A stretch of 64,000 nt of DNA from a virus, in IMG/VR virus record IMGVR_UViG_3300049617_000275, positions 1 through 64,000 of that record; one strand, given 5' to 3'. Numbering within the stretch: the first letter of the stretch is position 1; every line of letters starts with the position of its first letter. The position numbers and the translations under genes are program-made. Under the pieces are notes generated by a model, which was given only the letters and a program-made list of their open reading frames with translations, did no database searches and had not been told where the DNA came from. Positions 45,443-54,452 of this stretch are shown here, piece by piece.

Positions 45443-45721
45443 ATGGAAAACAGAGAAAATATTATTAATCTGATGCGCCACGCTTTCTTTATGGGATTTA
45501 ATGAAGGCTACGCTTCCGGAAAAGGAGCAGGTATATATATCAGGGATTGCAAATACACAGGAAAACCCTTTGAGGCTAAAGTATTCAATTCTTATTATGA
45601 TTTCAACTCCGAAGAACGGGATGCAGACCTTCTCTCCTTGTTGGTAGATTTTGAAGATAAGGGATTTATGTGTTACGGCACTTCTTGCGGTTGCGGCGAG
45701 GGGTGTCCAGAGAATGATTGA
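45443..45721 (+). CDS. hypothetical protein (92 aa)
   Basis: ATG lies 2 nt after the previous stop. Confidence 0.5.
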   Translation: MENRENIINLMRHAFFMGFNEGYASGKGAGIYIRDCKYTGKPFEAKVFNSYYDFNSEERDADLLSLLVDFEDKGFMCYGTSCGCGEGCPEND

Positions 45722-45923
45722 TGCAGAGAAGGAAATAGAGTATCTGCTCCGGGCAGCCCGGCAGATGGCGCCAGAGAGGCTGCGTAGCCTACGCAAACTT
45801 GCCCAAAAGAGACTGAATCAAGAGAAACAGAGAAGAGAGCCTACATCCTGGGTTCCAGAAGAATACTCAGGAATGTACGAGAGATCTTTGTATGCATTTT
45901 TCGAGGAAAGAAAAGAGTGCTGA
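45714..45923 (+). CDS. hypothetical protein (69 aa)
   Basis: ATG overlaps the previous gene by 8 nt. Confidence 0.45.
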   Translation: MIDAEKEIEYLLRAARQMAPERLRSLRKLAQKRLNQEKQRREPTSWVPEEYSGMYERSLYAFFEERKEC

Positions 45924-46255
45924 CAGAAACAGAACAGAAACTTCTTCAAGCAATCTCCAACGTCATGTATGGGTTTGAGGCTGTAAGGCAGGAAAGTCTC
46001 CGCAACTTCCCCGAAACCTATGCTGCCTCGAAAGAAGGAGTTGTACCTGTACACAATATGATCCTGACTTTGCAGCAGGCCGCTGCGGCGAACTCCGCCG
46101 CTCGGGATGCCGAAGGGAAACCTAACCTTATGTTTGTTCCTTTTGGATGTACCTTTACTCCGGCCGCCCTGGAGAAGATAAAGGAGGAGAATGTCCGGAG
46201 ACAGCAAGCAAACCCTTCTGCAACGCCGCCAGGAGGCTCTGTACCATCTCCGTAA
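45917..46255 (+). CDS. hypothetical protein (112 aa)
   Basis: GTG start overlaps the previous stop. Confidence 0.5.
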   Translation: MLTETEQKLLQAISNVMYGFEAVRQESLRNFPETYAASKEGVVPVHNMILTLQQAAAANSAARDAEGKPNLMFVPFGCTFTPAALEKIKEENVRRQQANPSATPPGGSVPSP

Positions 46256-46457
46256 CCTTTACGGGTGTATAGAGCAGGTTCGAAATACGGAAGCGGTCCC
46301 GGAGGAGTATGGCTTGACTTTGTACCTTCTTCCAGGTAGAGTAAAGAAGGAACATTTTCCTAGATTTTTTGAAGGGTATTCCCTTACGGTAAAGAACATG
46401 AATACAGGTAATACAGCACCCGGTGGAGCCAAGAACAATGCCAAGAAAAGAAAATGA
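46191..46457 (+). CDS. hypothetical protein (88 aa)
   Basis: It overlaps the previous ORF by 65 nt, so the start is uncertain. It shares GL.LYL..G with the next ORF. Confidence 0.4.
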   Translation: MSGDSKQTLLQRRQEALYHLRNLYGCIEQVRNTEAVPEEYGLTLYLLPGRVKKEHFPRFFEGYSLTVKNMNTGNTAPGGAKNNAKKRK

Positions 46458-46611
46458 TCTGTCTGAAAAACAGGAAGCAAAAGGACGCCTCCGGGAGGCG
46501 TACAGAAATTGCCGAGCATTTGTTGGCGTAGGTATGACGGAAGTGGGGCTGAACCTGTATCTAGACGGTGGGGTAATTCTTCCTAAGTATTTACCTGACA
46601 TGTTCGAATGA
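46438..46611 (+). CDS. small protein (57 aa), weak paralog of 46191..46457
   Basis: Internal ATG. It carries the EVGLNLYLDGG motif. Confidence 0.4.
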   Translation: MPRKENDLSEKQEAKGRLREAYRNCRAFVGVGMTEVGLNLYLDGGVILPKYLPDMFE

Positions 46612-46686
46612 TATCCTTTGACAGTAGTACTCGTTCCCGGAGGGTATTCTGCTTTTGATTTCTGTATTCAAAGGAGAGTGGAATCT

Positions 46687-46902
46687 ATGGAAGTAAATAA
46701 AGTTTGGGGACTGTTCGGGTTTTGGGGTAACACCTACGAAACAGGAAACATAAAGGAACTTGTTTCCCTTCACACCTCCGAGGACTCCGCCGTTCGCAGG
46801 TCCAAAGAGTTGGATGCCAAAGGGCATTGGGGGAAAGGGAGTTGGGAGATAGAAGAACTGGAGATCGAGGGGATGGAAGGAGAAATACAGTGGCTAACGT
46901 AG
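46687..46902 (+). CDS. small protein (71 aa)
   Basis: AAGGAGAG Shine-Dalgarno lies before the internal ATG. Confidence 0.5.
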   Translation: MEVNKVWGLFGFWGNTYETGNIKELVSLHTSEDSAVRRSKELDAKGHWGKGSWEIEELEIEGMEGEIQWLT

Positions 46903-46954
46903 AGAGACTAAAAAGATTCGCTCTGTCCTCGAACAGGACCCGGAGTTTTTCGAT

Positions 46955-47278
46955 ATGGAAGTTATGTGGAGTAATCCTTGGAGGCTTGATGTAGATTACG
47001 CAGAGGATCTACGGAATATTGCAAAGGAATATGCTCTTCCTCCCTGCGGAACTGCTTGCTGTATTGCAGGGCTTGCGTGTTTCCTCTATCCGGACGGTCT
47101 CTTTCACAACAAGAATATTTGGAAACACGCAGGGGAAGTTTTGGATTTGTGTCCTGGAGAAGATGATAGACTGTTCTCTCAGTTTTCTGACCTGACATCG
47201 GACGATGATCTAAGCGTGTGTGAACTCCCGGAGGCTCTGGAAAGAATAGACTCTCTTATCGAGAGGTACAGTCAGTGA
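46955..47278 (+). CDS. hypothetical protein (107 aa)
   Basis: ORF in the + array. Confidence 0.5.
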   Translation: MEVMWSNPWRLDVDYAEDLRNIAKEYALPPCGTACCIAGLACFLYPDGLFHNKNIWKHAGEVLDLCPGEDDRLFSQFSDLTSDDDLSVCELPEALERIDSLIERYSQ

Positions 47279-47294
47279 AAGATAAAGAAGATAA

Positions 47295-47621
47295 ATGGGA
47301 GGCTTCAACCGGGGATCTATTGAAATATCCTGTCTTCCGTGGAAGCCGGGTAAACTAGAGATTTTTCCGTACAAGTACGGGCAGTTGGAATTCAAATTGT
47401 CTCCCTGCACTCCCGGCGGAGATCCTCGGGAAAATTTTTGGTACAAGATCACCCACGACCAAGTCCTAGAACTTACAGCGTGGCTTATGCAGTATATTGC
47501 CCGTACCAACACTTATCCAGGAGAAGATCCTACTCCTGCAAGAAAGAACTTGGAAGAGCTTTTGAAAGAATGCAGGAAGTGGAAGATGTCCGAGGAGGAA
47601 CTCCGGGAGCTGTATGAGTAA
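47295..47621 (+). CDS. hypothetical protein (108 aa)
   Basis: ORF in the + array. Confidence 0.5.
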   Translation: MGGFNRGSIEISCLPWKPGKLEIFPYKYGQLEFKLSPCTPGGDPRENFWYKITHDQVLELTAWLMQYIARTNTYPGEDPTPARKNLEELLKECRKWKMSEEELRELYE

Positions 47622-48117
47622 ACATACGTGGGAGTATACGAACATAGGACGCAATACTTGGGGAGATGTATGTAAAGTTTGTAGCGTGGACGCTCTTCTG
47701 GGAATGTCTGATGAAGGATGTCCTGGAACAAGGCTTTGGAACGAACATTGGCTTGGAAACAATGAATGTGTAAAGTTTTCGGAGCCGACAGAGGTAGAGA
47801 GTGTATATACTTTTTCTGATGCTCACCCTTTTACCCGAAGGATCCTTTCTGGAGAGCTTATATGCCGCCGCGGAGGAACAGAAATTGCCCGCTACACCCT
47901 TCCTGGATTTCCCCAACCCGAACCTATAACAGAACTTACGTTGGTAAGCTTAGGACAGCAGATACAACAAAAGCTTATTTCCGGAGAAGTGGATGTTTAC
48001 GAACAGGATTGTCCTTTTCTGGACTTCGTGGAAGCTTCTCCTTCTGTCTCTGTAACGGACTTCCAGTATAGACTACGCCCCAAACTTCCTGATCCTACTG
48101 TCAGAGAAACAATTTAA
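47614..48117 (+). CDS. hypothetical protein (167 aa)
   Basis: ATG overlaps the previous gene by 8 nt. Confidence 0.55.
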   Translation: MSKHTWEYTNIGRNTWGDVCKVCSVDALLGMSDEGCPGTRLWNEHWLGNNECVKFSEPTEVESVYTFSDAHPFTRRILSGELICRRGGTEIARYTLPGFPQPEPITELTLVSLGQQIQQKLISGEVDVYEQDCPFLDFVEASPSVSVTDFQYRLRPKLPDPTVRETI

Positions 48118-48165
48118 ATGGTTGAGTATTATTTCCTGCTTTGCTGAACTGCAAAGATACAGGTA

Positions 48166-48194
48166 TTGACCTCTCCTCGGATTCCTGATAGAGT
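48166..48194 (+). promoter_or_regulatory. sigma70-type promoter TTGACC-N17-TAGAGT
   Basis: The -35 is at 48166-48171 and the -10 at 48189-48194. A leader of about 115 nt precedes ATG 48317. Confidence 0.55.
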
Positions 48195-48316
48195 ATTCCG
48201 TATGTAGGACACCGGCTCACACAGGAATTTCCGCAAAGAGAAACCCTCCGCTGGGAGCAGAAGAAAGATCAGGATCAAGACCGCGGGGAGTATTCTTTTC
48301 ACAGAAGGAATTTTAC

Positions 48317-48714
48317 ATGGAAGAAGATAAACTCAGAGCTTTTCTTTTACTGTTAGGAGACAAGTGGGAAAGGATAGAAAAGGTTCCCAACGAATACTGC
48401 GGAGACGGGCCGGGAGCTACATGCTCCGTGTGCAGGAACAGACCGTGGTGGAAAATAAAGTTTGAGGGAGTAGATGGAAGAATCAAGATCGGGTGGAGAA
48501 AGAGAGTTGGGAAGAGACAGGAGTGTCCTTGGATCTGGCGGACAAAAGGGAATACTCTGTTACCTCCGGCCCTTTCTATTACCACTGTTGGGGATATGGA
48601 CAATTACTTGAGAAAACAGGTCACGTATTGCAATATCTCTATATGACGCCGGAAGGAAAGGAAGTACAAATAAAGTTTCCTCATGCCGACAGAATATCGG
48701 GAGAAATTCAATAA
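48317..48714 (+). pseudogene. gene split over two frames (48317..48646 and 48493..48714)
   Basis: Frame 1 is protein-like up to ...RIKIGWRKRV. The -1 frame is protein-like from ...SWEETGVSLDLADKREY to its stop. The cause could be a frameshift, recoding or an assembly indel near 48490-48510. Confidence 0.4.
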
Positions 48715-48823
48715 TCTCTGTTTCTACTAAAAAAGTTTCCTACTGTTCCAAATTCTTTGGATCTCAGGGGACCGGAGTCGCCCGAATGGCGCCCCCTGTG
48801 GGCTTTAAAAAAACCGGGACAGG

Positions 48824-49021
48824 TTAACTTAAGTTAACCTCCCAGATCCAGACTGTGTTGTAAGTTCCGCGGGCCACCCAGCGGTCGCGAATTTCTTCCG
48901 CCGCCTCACGGCTTGCGGCTGTAGGGTAGTCGGAACGGGCGGGTTGGAAGACCTCGACGGGCTTGCCGTCTTGGTTGAATGCGGTGCGGGTGTTACCCAG
49001 AATGATTATGAATTTTTCCAT
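48824..49021 (-). CDS. small protein (65 aa), island gene
   Basis: GGAG Shine-Dalgarno lies before MEKFIIILGN. The codon usage is GC-richer than the surroundings. Confidence 0.55.
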   Translation of the reverse strand: MEKFIIILGNTRTAFNQDGKPVEVFQPARSDYPTAASREAAEEIRDRWVARGTYNTVWIWEVNLS

Positions 49022-49086
49022 TTTACTCCGGTGTTGTTGTTCCAACAAATACAGAATACTATGTATTTGTGGAATTTTTGTGGAAT

Positions 49087-49260
49087 TTACTCCGGGCGGT
49101 TCCAGTCCTGCCCGGCCAGTTCTATAACCCTGCCCGGATGCGGGTCAAGAGAAAACATCGCACAGAGGCTGCGATAGCTATCTTCTCTTTTCCCTGCGGG
49201 AACTGTATCCGCAATAACGGCGGATAAGTTCAGGTGGAGTTGGTTTTCTGCTGGGTTCAT
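49087..49260 (-). CDS. small protein (57 aa), island gene
   Basis: Not in the track because it is under 60 aa. AAGGAA Shine-Dalgarno. The sequence is MNPAENQLHLNLSAVIADTVPAGKRED... Confidence 0.45.
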   Translation of the reverse strand: MNPAENQLHLNLSAVIADTVPAGKREDSYRSLCAMFSLDPHPGRVIELAGQDWNRPE

Positions 49261-49388
49261 TTTGTTGTTCCTTTTGCTTACTTCCTCTCAACTTCTTTAT
49301 ACTAACACTGAACCTACCCGGAAGATCAGGTAGGTTCAAGAAAGTTTCTAAAATTTCAATAACACTGGGCAGTGCACCACGTCGTTTT

Positions 49389-49637
49389 TTAGCTTAAGCA
49401 GTGAGCTTTCAATCCACGATCGATGCGCTTGATCTCTTCGAGCGTGGCATCGTTGATGCTGGCAGCGCTGCTGGCATCTAACCAGCCTACTCGTTCTTCC
49501 GCGCTTAAGTTCGAGTAGTACTCGACAGTTGCAATATCAATATCAGACTGTGAAGACGAGGATTCACAGTCAGCGCAAAGCTCAAAATCGTTGCACTGAG
49601 TGCAAGTGAATATATCGGACTGAGTAAGTTTTCGCAT
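49389..49637 (-). CDS. small Cys-rich protein (82 aa) with a CTQCN...CADC motif
   Basis: GGAG Shine-Dalgarno lies before MRKLTQSDIFTCTQCNDFELCADC. Confidence 0.55.
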   Translation of the reverse strand: MRKLTQSDIFTCTQCNDFELCADCESSSSQSDIDIATVEYYSNLSAEERVGWLDASSAASINDATLEEIKRIDRGLKAHCLS

Positions 49638-50026
49638 TTTTTTTCTCCGGGTCGACTGCTGCTTACTTCCTGAGTTTACTCGAAGGGTTTGTTTCTGTAA
49701 ACCCCGATTCTGTATTCTGGAATACAAAATCTTTGATCTCGGTCTGAGATCGGACACTAATATAAGCAGGGCATTTATATAATCCCCGGAAAAACAGATA
49801 TCAAACCCAATAAACACGTCAAACTTTATTTGCAGGTTTGTTCGAAGCGGAGTTTATTTTGGGGTACCCTGTACTCAAAGAAAAACACCGGGCATTGCTG
49901 CCCGGCGTCCAAAACGCTCTCTGAGAGAGCTATTCGCGCGGTGTCTCCTGTTTGTCTGTACTGTTCTCTTGTTACGAAACTTTATTTGCGTGAGCAATAC
50001 ACGAAACGTAACAGGGCCCTTGACTT

Positions 50027-50338
50027 TTAGAGTTTCAGTGCCCGTTCTTCGCTTTTACAGAGAGTACAAAGCGCAGTAGCGTGGTCGTGGTTAAACTCGC
50101 AATCTACACGTCTGCTGTGTCCGTGTCCGATCACTCTTGTATGGCCGTGATCCACAACTGCGTTGCACTGAGTGCAGAGGTGGTTGTGATAGTCAGAAGC
50201 GATTGAATACGCTTCTGCGTCGTCATCAGCTTCAATAACGAAGCCGTTGGGCGCACAAGCGACCAACGCGGTGCTCCAAGAATCTGAAGCGTATTCGATA
50301 CTTACTACTTTCTCTTTTACTGTTACTGCGTAAAACAT
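50027..50338 (-). CDS. Cys/His-rich protein (103 aa) with CTQCN and repeated HGH motifs
   Basis: GAGGA Shine-Dalgarno. HNHLCTQCNAVVDHGHTRVIGHGHSRRVDCEFNHDH..CTLC is present. Confidence 0.6.
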   Translation of the reverse strand: MFYAVTVKEKVVSIEYASDSWSTALVACAPNGFVIEADDDAEAYSIASDYHNHLCTQCNAVVDHGHTRVIGHGHSRRVDCEFNHDHATALCTLCKSEERALKL

Positions 50339-50376
50339 TTATGATCCTCGCGGTTCGGTTCGCTTTTGATTGGACT

Positions 50377-50405
50377 AATATAGCAATTCCAAGCACAAAA
50401 GTCAA
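50377..50405 (-). promoter_or_regulatory. sigma70-type promoter TTGACT-N17-TATATT (minus strand)
   Basis: On the reverse strand the -35 is at 50405-50400 and the -10 at 50382-50377. It drives 50027..50338. Confidence 0.55.
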
Positions 50406-50569
50406 ATGCTTACCGCAAACAACGACTCAAACAAGAAGAAAACCTTCCCCAGAACAACAAGCCGTTTTGGATGTTGCCAAGAATCCAAACCAGAATACAA
50501 CAAACTTGCTACGTTTTGCCATCTCGAATTACTCCTAAAATTGATCGCAGACTCTGGTGCTGCCCATCC

Positions 50570-50814
50570 CTACAAAATTTCCTTTACTAATGCCGGTCCC
50601 ACCTTGATGCACCTGCCCACTGTTCCAGGTGCACCTTCTCCTATTTTTATAATGACACCACGAAACTCCGCTCTTTGTTCCTTTTTCATCCCTCGGATTT
50701 TCGGTATCTCCCCGAAGCCAACAACCTCACCTTCGTAAATCTTGTCAGCTTCGACTCCTTGCCTAGACCCGCCGCTTCGAACTTGTGAATTGACTCTGCC
50801 ACTGCGCTACTCAT
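50570..50814 (-). pseudogene. either two tiny ATGA-coupled ORFs (42 aa and 39 aa) or one frameshifted gene of about 80 aa
   Basis: MSSAVAESIHKFEAAGLGKE... is in one frame. The second frame (..ADKIYEGEVVGFGEIPKIRGMKKEQRAEFRGVIIKIGEGAPGT..) stays open about 40 codons upstream of its ATG without a start. Confidence 0.3.
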
Positions 50815-50952
50815 CTCGCGTCCCTCCCAATTGCTTACCTTATTATATTAGCGTATAAGCTAATAACTTGGTGCTATTTGAACAATCATTTAACTATCTA
50901 CTTTTTCCTACCGAACTGAACATTTACACAATAGAGGAAACTCCGGCGGGTG

Positions 50953-51324
50953 TCAAGAAATTTTTTCCCGGTTTTGTATTCGGGCCAACAATTTTGTAGA
51001 TTCTTGAATACCTTCTAGCCTGTCTTCTTTGTACCTAGCACCGGAGATAATAGACCTGGCCTCGCCTTCCCAGACTTCGGACTCATCAGGCATATGTTTG
51101 ATCAAATCCTGTAATTCTTCAATTATTGTTTCAGCAGTTTGAAGAGAGTTTCCAAACTGTTCCATCACGTCATATGAGATCACGTATTGCTCTAGATCCG
51201 TGGCCTTGCGCAATACCTCTCCTATTTCTGTGAGATCTTTTCTGTCTAATCCTCTTTTCCAACGAAGATTAAGAAGGTGGGAAGAGATAGTTTCAAGCAA
51301 CTCTTCGATATTGGGTTTTCCCAA
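50953..51324 (-). CDS. hypothetical protein (123 aa)
   Basis: TTG start. It overlaps the upstream gene by 79 nt. Confidence 0.45.
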   Translation of the reverse strand: MGKPNIEELLETISSHLLNLRWKRGLDRKDLTEIGEVLRKATDLEQYVISYDVMEQFGNSLQTAETIIEELQDLIKHMPDESEVWEGEARSIISGARYKEDRLEGIQESTKLLARIQNREKIS

Positions 51325-51872
51325 GGCAGATAATCCCGTTTTTCTTGCACCGCCGGAGAATCTTTGACCTTGCGGTAAATATCTTGCGGAGAATCTGTTT
51401 GACCGGGATGGAGACCGTGTTCGAAGTCTCCTTCAATCTTTGTCCAACCCTGTTCTTGTAGAACAGAGTCAGAAAGCAGGTGGTTAGCGCGATCGGGATC
51501 GTCTTGAACGGATTCTAGATACTCCGCCGGGAATTCGCGGGTACAATCGGGGCAAAGAACCCCGTTCTCGTCTACGGAAGGTGTTTCGAGATCCCCGTAA
51601 TATCCCGGTTGGAGTTCGCAATACTTGTAGCAGTTATCGCACCGGAGCAGCTCATCCTCGAATCTGCAATCGTAATCGAGGCGCCGGAGGATGTCTTCCA
51701 CCCGCCGGAAAAGGTCTTTTCTCTTGCGGTAAACACCTGGCAGAACAGTTTGAAGCTCATTCAGCTTCCACCAATACCCGATTATTACTTTGTCTCCGGA
51801 GACTGTTTCTCCGATACAGAATTCTTCCGGATCAACACCGGCGGCTCTTAATACGGCTTCAAGGGATGTCAT
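51246..51872 (-). CDS. hypothetical protein (208 aa) with a zinc-ribbon-like CxxC pair
   Basis: CDNCYKYC...CPDC is present. The last 26 codons overlap the next ORF. Confidence 0.55.
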   Translation of the reverse strand: MTSLEAVLRAAGVDPEEFCIGETVSGDKVIIGYWWKLNELQTVLPGVYRKRKDLFRRVEDILRRLDYDCRFEDELLRCDNCYKYCELQPGYYGDLETPSVDENGVLCPDCTREFPAEYLESVQDDPDRANHLLSDSVLQEQGWTKIEGDFEHGLHPGQTDSPQDIYRKVKDSPAVQEKRDYLPWENPISKSCLKLSLPTFLIFVGKED

Positions 51873-51967
51873 TGTTTTTTTTTTACCTCGGCAAGAAAGA
51901 TTCGATAGACAGAAGTATAGGGAACAGAAACAAACTACTCTATTCCTGTTCCCATTTTTATTTACAT

Positions 51968-52020
51968 CTCCGGCGGGGTTTCAACATCTAGAGAATAATC
52001 TACCCGCCGGAGGTTTTCAA
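51968..52020 (-). promoter_or_regulatory. promoter-like TTGAAA-N17-TATTCT with an inverted pair of the iterated motif
   Basis: CTCCGGCGGG (51968-51977) and CCCGCCGGAG (52003-52012) form a 10-bp inverted repeat. Each sits in the spacer of a TTGAAA -35/-10-like pair on the minus strand. Confidence 0.4.
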
Positions 52021-52049
52021 CTTATCTAAGAAAACTTCATGTCGGCTAT

Positions 52050-52535
52050 TCAATACATGGAGCGGGCGGAGTAGGTCTGGATGGGGTTTCCTTCTAGATC
52101 GTAATCAGGACTGTAAAAGCGGTTGGCCTTCTCGATCTGTTCTGAAAAATCGGCGGTGTTGACCGAAGGCCTTACCGCGGTCTCCGCAAGCTTTCTAAGT
52201 TGAGCGGATGTCCAATGTTTTGCTTGAGAAACAGGGTTTCCCGTTGCAGTGTCTGTAAGCGTTACAGTTGCTCCGGGGTGTGAGATCAGCTGTTGGGAGA
52301 ACTCCCGGCGGGCTTCTACAAAGGATTTGAAGACGAGCTTCTTGTTTCTCCGGGTCCCTTCTGTCTTTACGAAGATCTCAAGATCTTTGGAAGGTTCAAA
52401 CGCTTCTACACTCACCGGCGGGTTAGGGTTTTCTGTTCTTACAAAAGAGGAGTGTTGCGGATTGCGGGAGTGTTTGCCCCCGGCGGACGTAGAAGCAGAG
52501 AAAACGGGAGCGAGTTGGGATCTGAGTGTGCGCAT
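52050..52535 (-). CDS. hypothetical protein (161 aa)
   Basis: Long ORF in the minus array. Confidence 0.55.
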   Translation of the reverse strand: MRTLRSQLAPVFSASTSAGGKHSRNPQHSSFVRTENPNPPVSVEAFEPSKDLEIFVKTEGTRRNKKLVFKSFVEARREFSQQLISHPGATVTLTDTATGNPVSQAKHWTSAQLRKLAETAVRPSVNTADFSEQIEKANRFYSPDYDLEGNPIQTYSARSMY

Positions 52536-52662
52536 TGGTTTTACCTCGTTTTTTGAAAGTCTGGATATTGGAGTTTGTTTTGTTTACGCTCTTCCTTGGA
52601 CGCTGTATGTTTTCCTTCCGTCTGCAAAGTTTCCTATATGGATCTTAGATTTTATAATCCCG

Positions 52663-52953
52663 TTACTCATCTTCTAGGTTCTCCGCCTGATCTTTGTAAA
52701 CTTCCAAGGCATCTATATCGGAGTCTTCCAACACCGGCGCGGAGCTGTATTCTTCGTCTTCTTGCTCCTCCGCGCGCTCTAGGATCAGTTCTACAAGTCT
52801 TGATCCGACGATATGCTCAAAATGAGCTTGCTGTCCGGCGGAGAGCAGTTGTATCTTAGAAGAGTTCGCCGGGAGTTTTGAAAGAAAAGCAGTAAGACAG
52901 AACGAGGTTATTAGTTTTGCAACTGTTTCGAATTTAGGATGTGTTTTGTACAC
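52663..52953 (-). CDS. hypothetical acidic protein (96 aa)
   Basis: ORF in the minus array. Confidence 0.5.
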   Translation of the reverse strand: MYKTHPKFETVAKLITSFCLTAFLSKLPANSSKIQLLSAGQQAHFEHIVGSRLVELILERAEEQEDEEYSSAPVLEDSDIDALEVYKDQAENLEDE

Positions 52954-52997
52954 TGGAGCATTTCCTCAAAAAAGGGTTTTGTTGTATTTACTGTAGA

Positions 52998-53207
52998 TCA
53001 GAACTCCCGGCGGTTCAAGTGAGAATTCTCTAATGCAGCATCTTTTCGCCTGCAAAGATTGTCGCAGTAGGCATTTCCGTCTTTGCCGTAGGTCACGTTT
53101 TCCAACTTTACCGTAATCCTACAATATTTACACCGGGGGTTTTTGTCTTTTTCTGAAACAGGAATATTGGATTCAGGCGAGTCGGCTGATCCTTTGTATT
53201 TTTCCAA
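52998..53207 (-). CDS. small zinc-ribbon-like protein (69 aa)
   Basis: CKYCRITV...YCDNLC is present. Confidence 0.5.
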   Translation of the reverse strand: MEKYKGSADSPESNIPVSEKDKNPRCKYCRITVKLENVTYGKDGNAYCDNLCRRKDAALENSHLNRREF

Positions 53208-53278
53208 AAGAAAACAGGGCTGTTTCCAACCCTGTTCTCCCTTTCTTGTCGAGGAAAAGCTTTTGGGCTTCTAGGCTC

Positions 53279-53602
53279 TCAGGCCGTCTGTTTTGCTGCC
53301 TTAGCAGCAACGGCGCAGATACGTTTTCCGTAATTTACGCACTCGTTGCCGATCTCCATAAGCCTGGAGGAGGAGACCGGCTCTTTACGTTCGACCTTGT
53401 TTTCTTGGTGTTCTACATACTGCTTGAGCCCTCCGGAGTCGTTCACACCGGACATTTGAGATTGGAGCATTGCAAGGAAGGTAGCGGCCATTGGTCCCTC
53501 TACGATGACCTGAGGGTCACGCTGGACAATGTCCTCCATCTCCTTGATAATGACGGTGATGTTGTTGAAAGCACGGGGTTGTTTGGATGTAGGTTGAGGC
53601 AT
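53279..53602 (-). CDS. hypothetical protein (107 aa)
   Basis: GGAGGAGA Shine-Dalgarno upstream. Confidence 0.55.
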   Translation of the reverse strand: MPQPTSKQPRAFNNITVIIKEMEDIVQRDPQVIVEGPMAATFLAMLQSQMSGVNDSGGLKQYVEHQENKVERKEPVSSSRLMEIGNECVNYGKRICAVAAKAAKQTA

Positions 53603-53660
53603 TTTTTTTCTCCTCCGCCCTAACCGGGCGGGAAATGTGTGTGTATTTGCTCCGCGGGCT

Positions 53661-54014
53661 TTACGCGGGAGTTAGAAACTCCGCCTCGGTATTTCTGGCA
53701 CGGACACGATAATAGGGTAAATCCCAAGTTTGTAGTGAAATTCCTTCGGGAAGTGTTCCTTGCAGCAATCCACCGAGGCAGGAAGGGTAATATACGCAGA
53801 CATTCTCGATCCCCCATTCTCCGATATATGCTCTAAAGACCTCACCGAACTTTTCCATATTTGCGTTTGCGATTGAGTTTTGCAATCTACACATGCTCCG
53901 TAAATGTGTGTAGGGTAGATACCTTGAGTAGTTCACCGTTTTCTCGCAGAAGAGGGAGTTTCGCAGTAACTCCGCCCGGTGTCCTTTGCTTTCGATGTAT
54001 ACAGAATAGATCAA
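53661..54014 (-). CDS. hypothetical protein (117 aa)
   Basis: ORF in the minus array. Confidence 0.5.
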   Translation of the reverse strand: MIYSVYIESKGHRAELLRNSLFCEKTVNYSRYLPYTHLRSMCRLQNSIANANMEKFGEVFRAYIGEWGIENVCVYYPSCLGGLLQGTLPEGISLQTWDLPYYRVRARNTEAEFLTPA

Positions 54015-54074
54015 ATCCTCCTGTATTTCAAGTTAACGCTTTCTCATATTCAGTAAATGTTGTTGATCGCAAGC

Positions 54075-54452
54075 TCATCTTCCGAACCTCGCGTTGTTCA
54101 TATCCTTCAAAATTTGCTCCGCTCGAACCTTGCGTTGCTCATACTCCAGGTTTCTCTGATCGAGAGAAGTATGAACCATGTACCCGTTAACATACTTCAG
54201 AAACTCGGGAGTAAGTTTTATCCATTCTTGAGCGGTCTTTTGAAGCTCCCGCGCATCTCCAAGATAAGAAGAATAATCTCCCTTCTTCTTCTCGACAAGA
54301 ATTTCATAAGCGGAGTTTAGTCTTACCTCCACACACCGGCGGACACCGCCGGGGAGCAGGACCACATAAAATCCGTCTAGTTCGTGGGCTTTGTGCCATT
54401 CCTCCACCGGATCATACAGTTCCGGTGCTTTATCTGTTTCTATCTCTGTCAT
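54075..54452 (-). CDS. hypothetical protein (125 aa)
   Basis: ORF in the minus array. Confidence 0.55.
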   Translation of the reverse strand: MTEIETDKAPELYDPVEEWHKAHELDGFYVVLLPGGVRRCVEVRLNSAYEILVEKKKGDYSSYLGDARELQKTAQEWIKLTPEFLKYVNGYMVHTSLDQRNLEYEQRKVRAEQILKDMNNARFGR

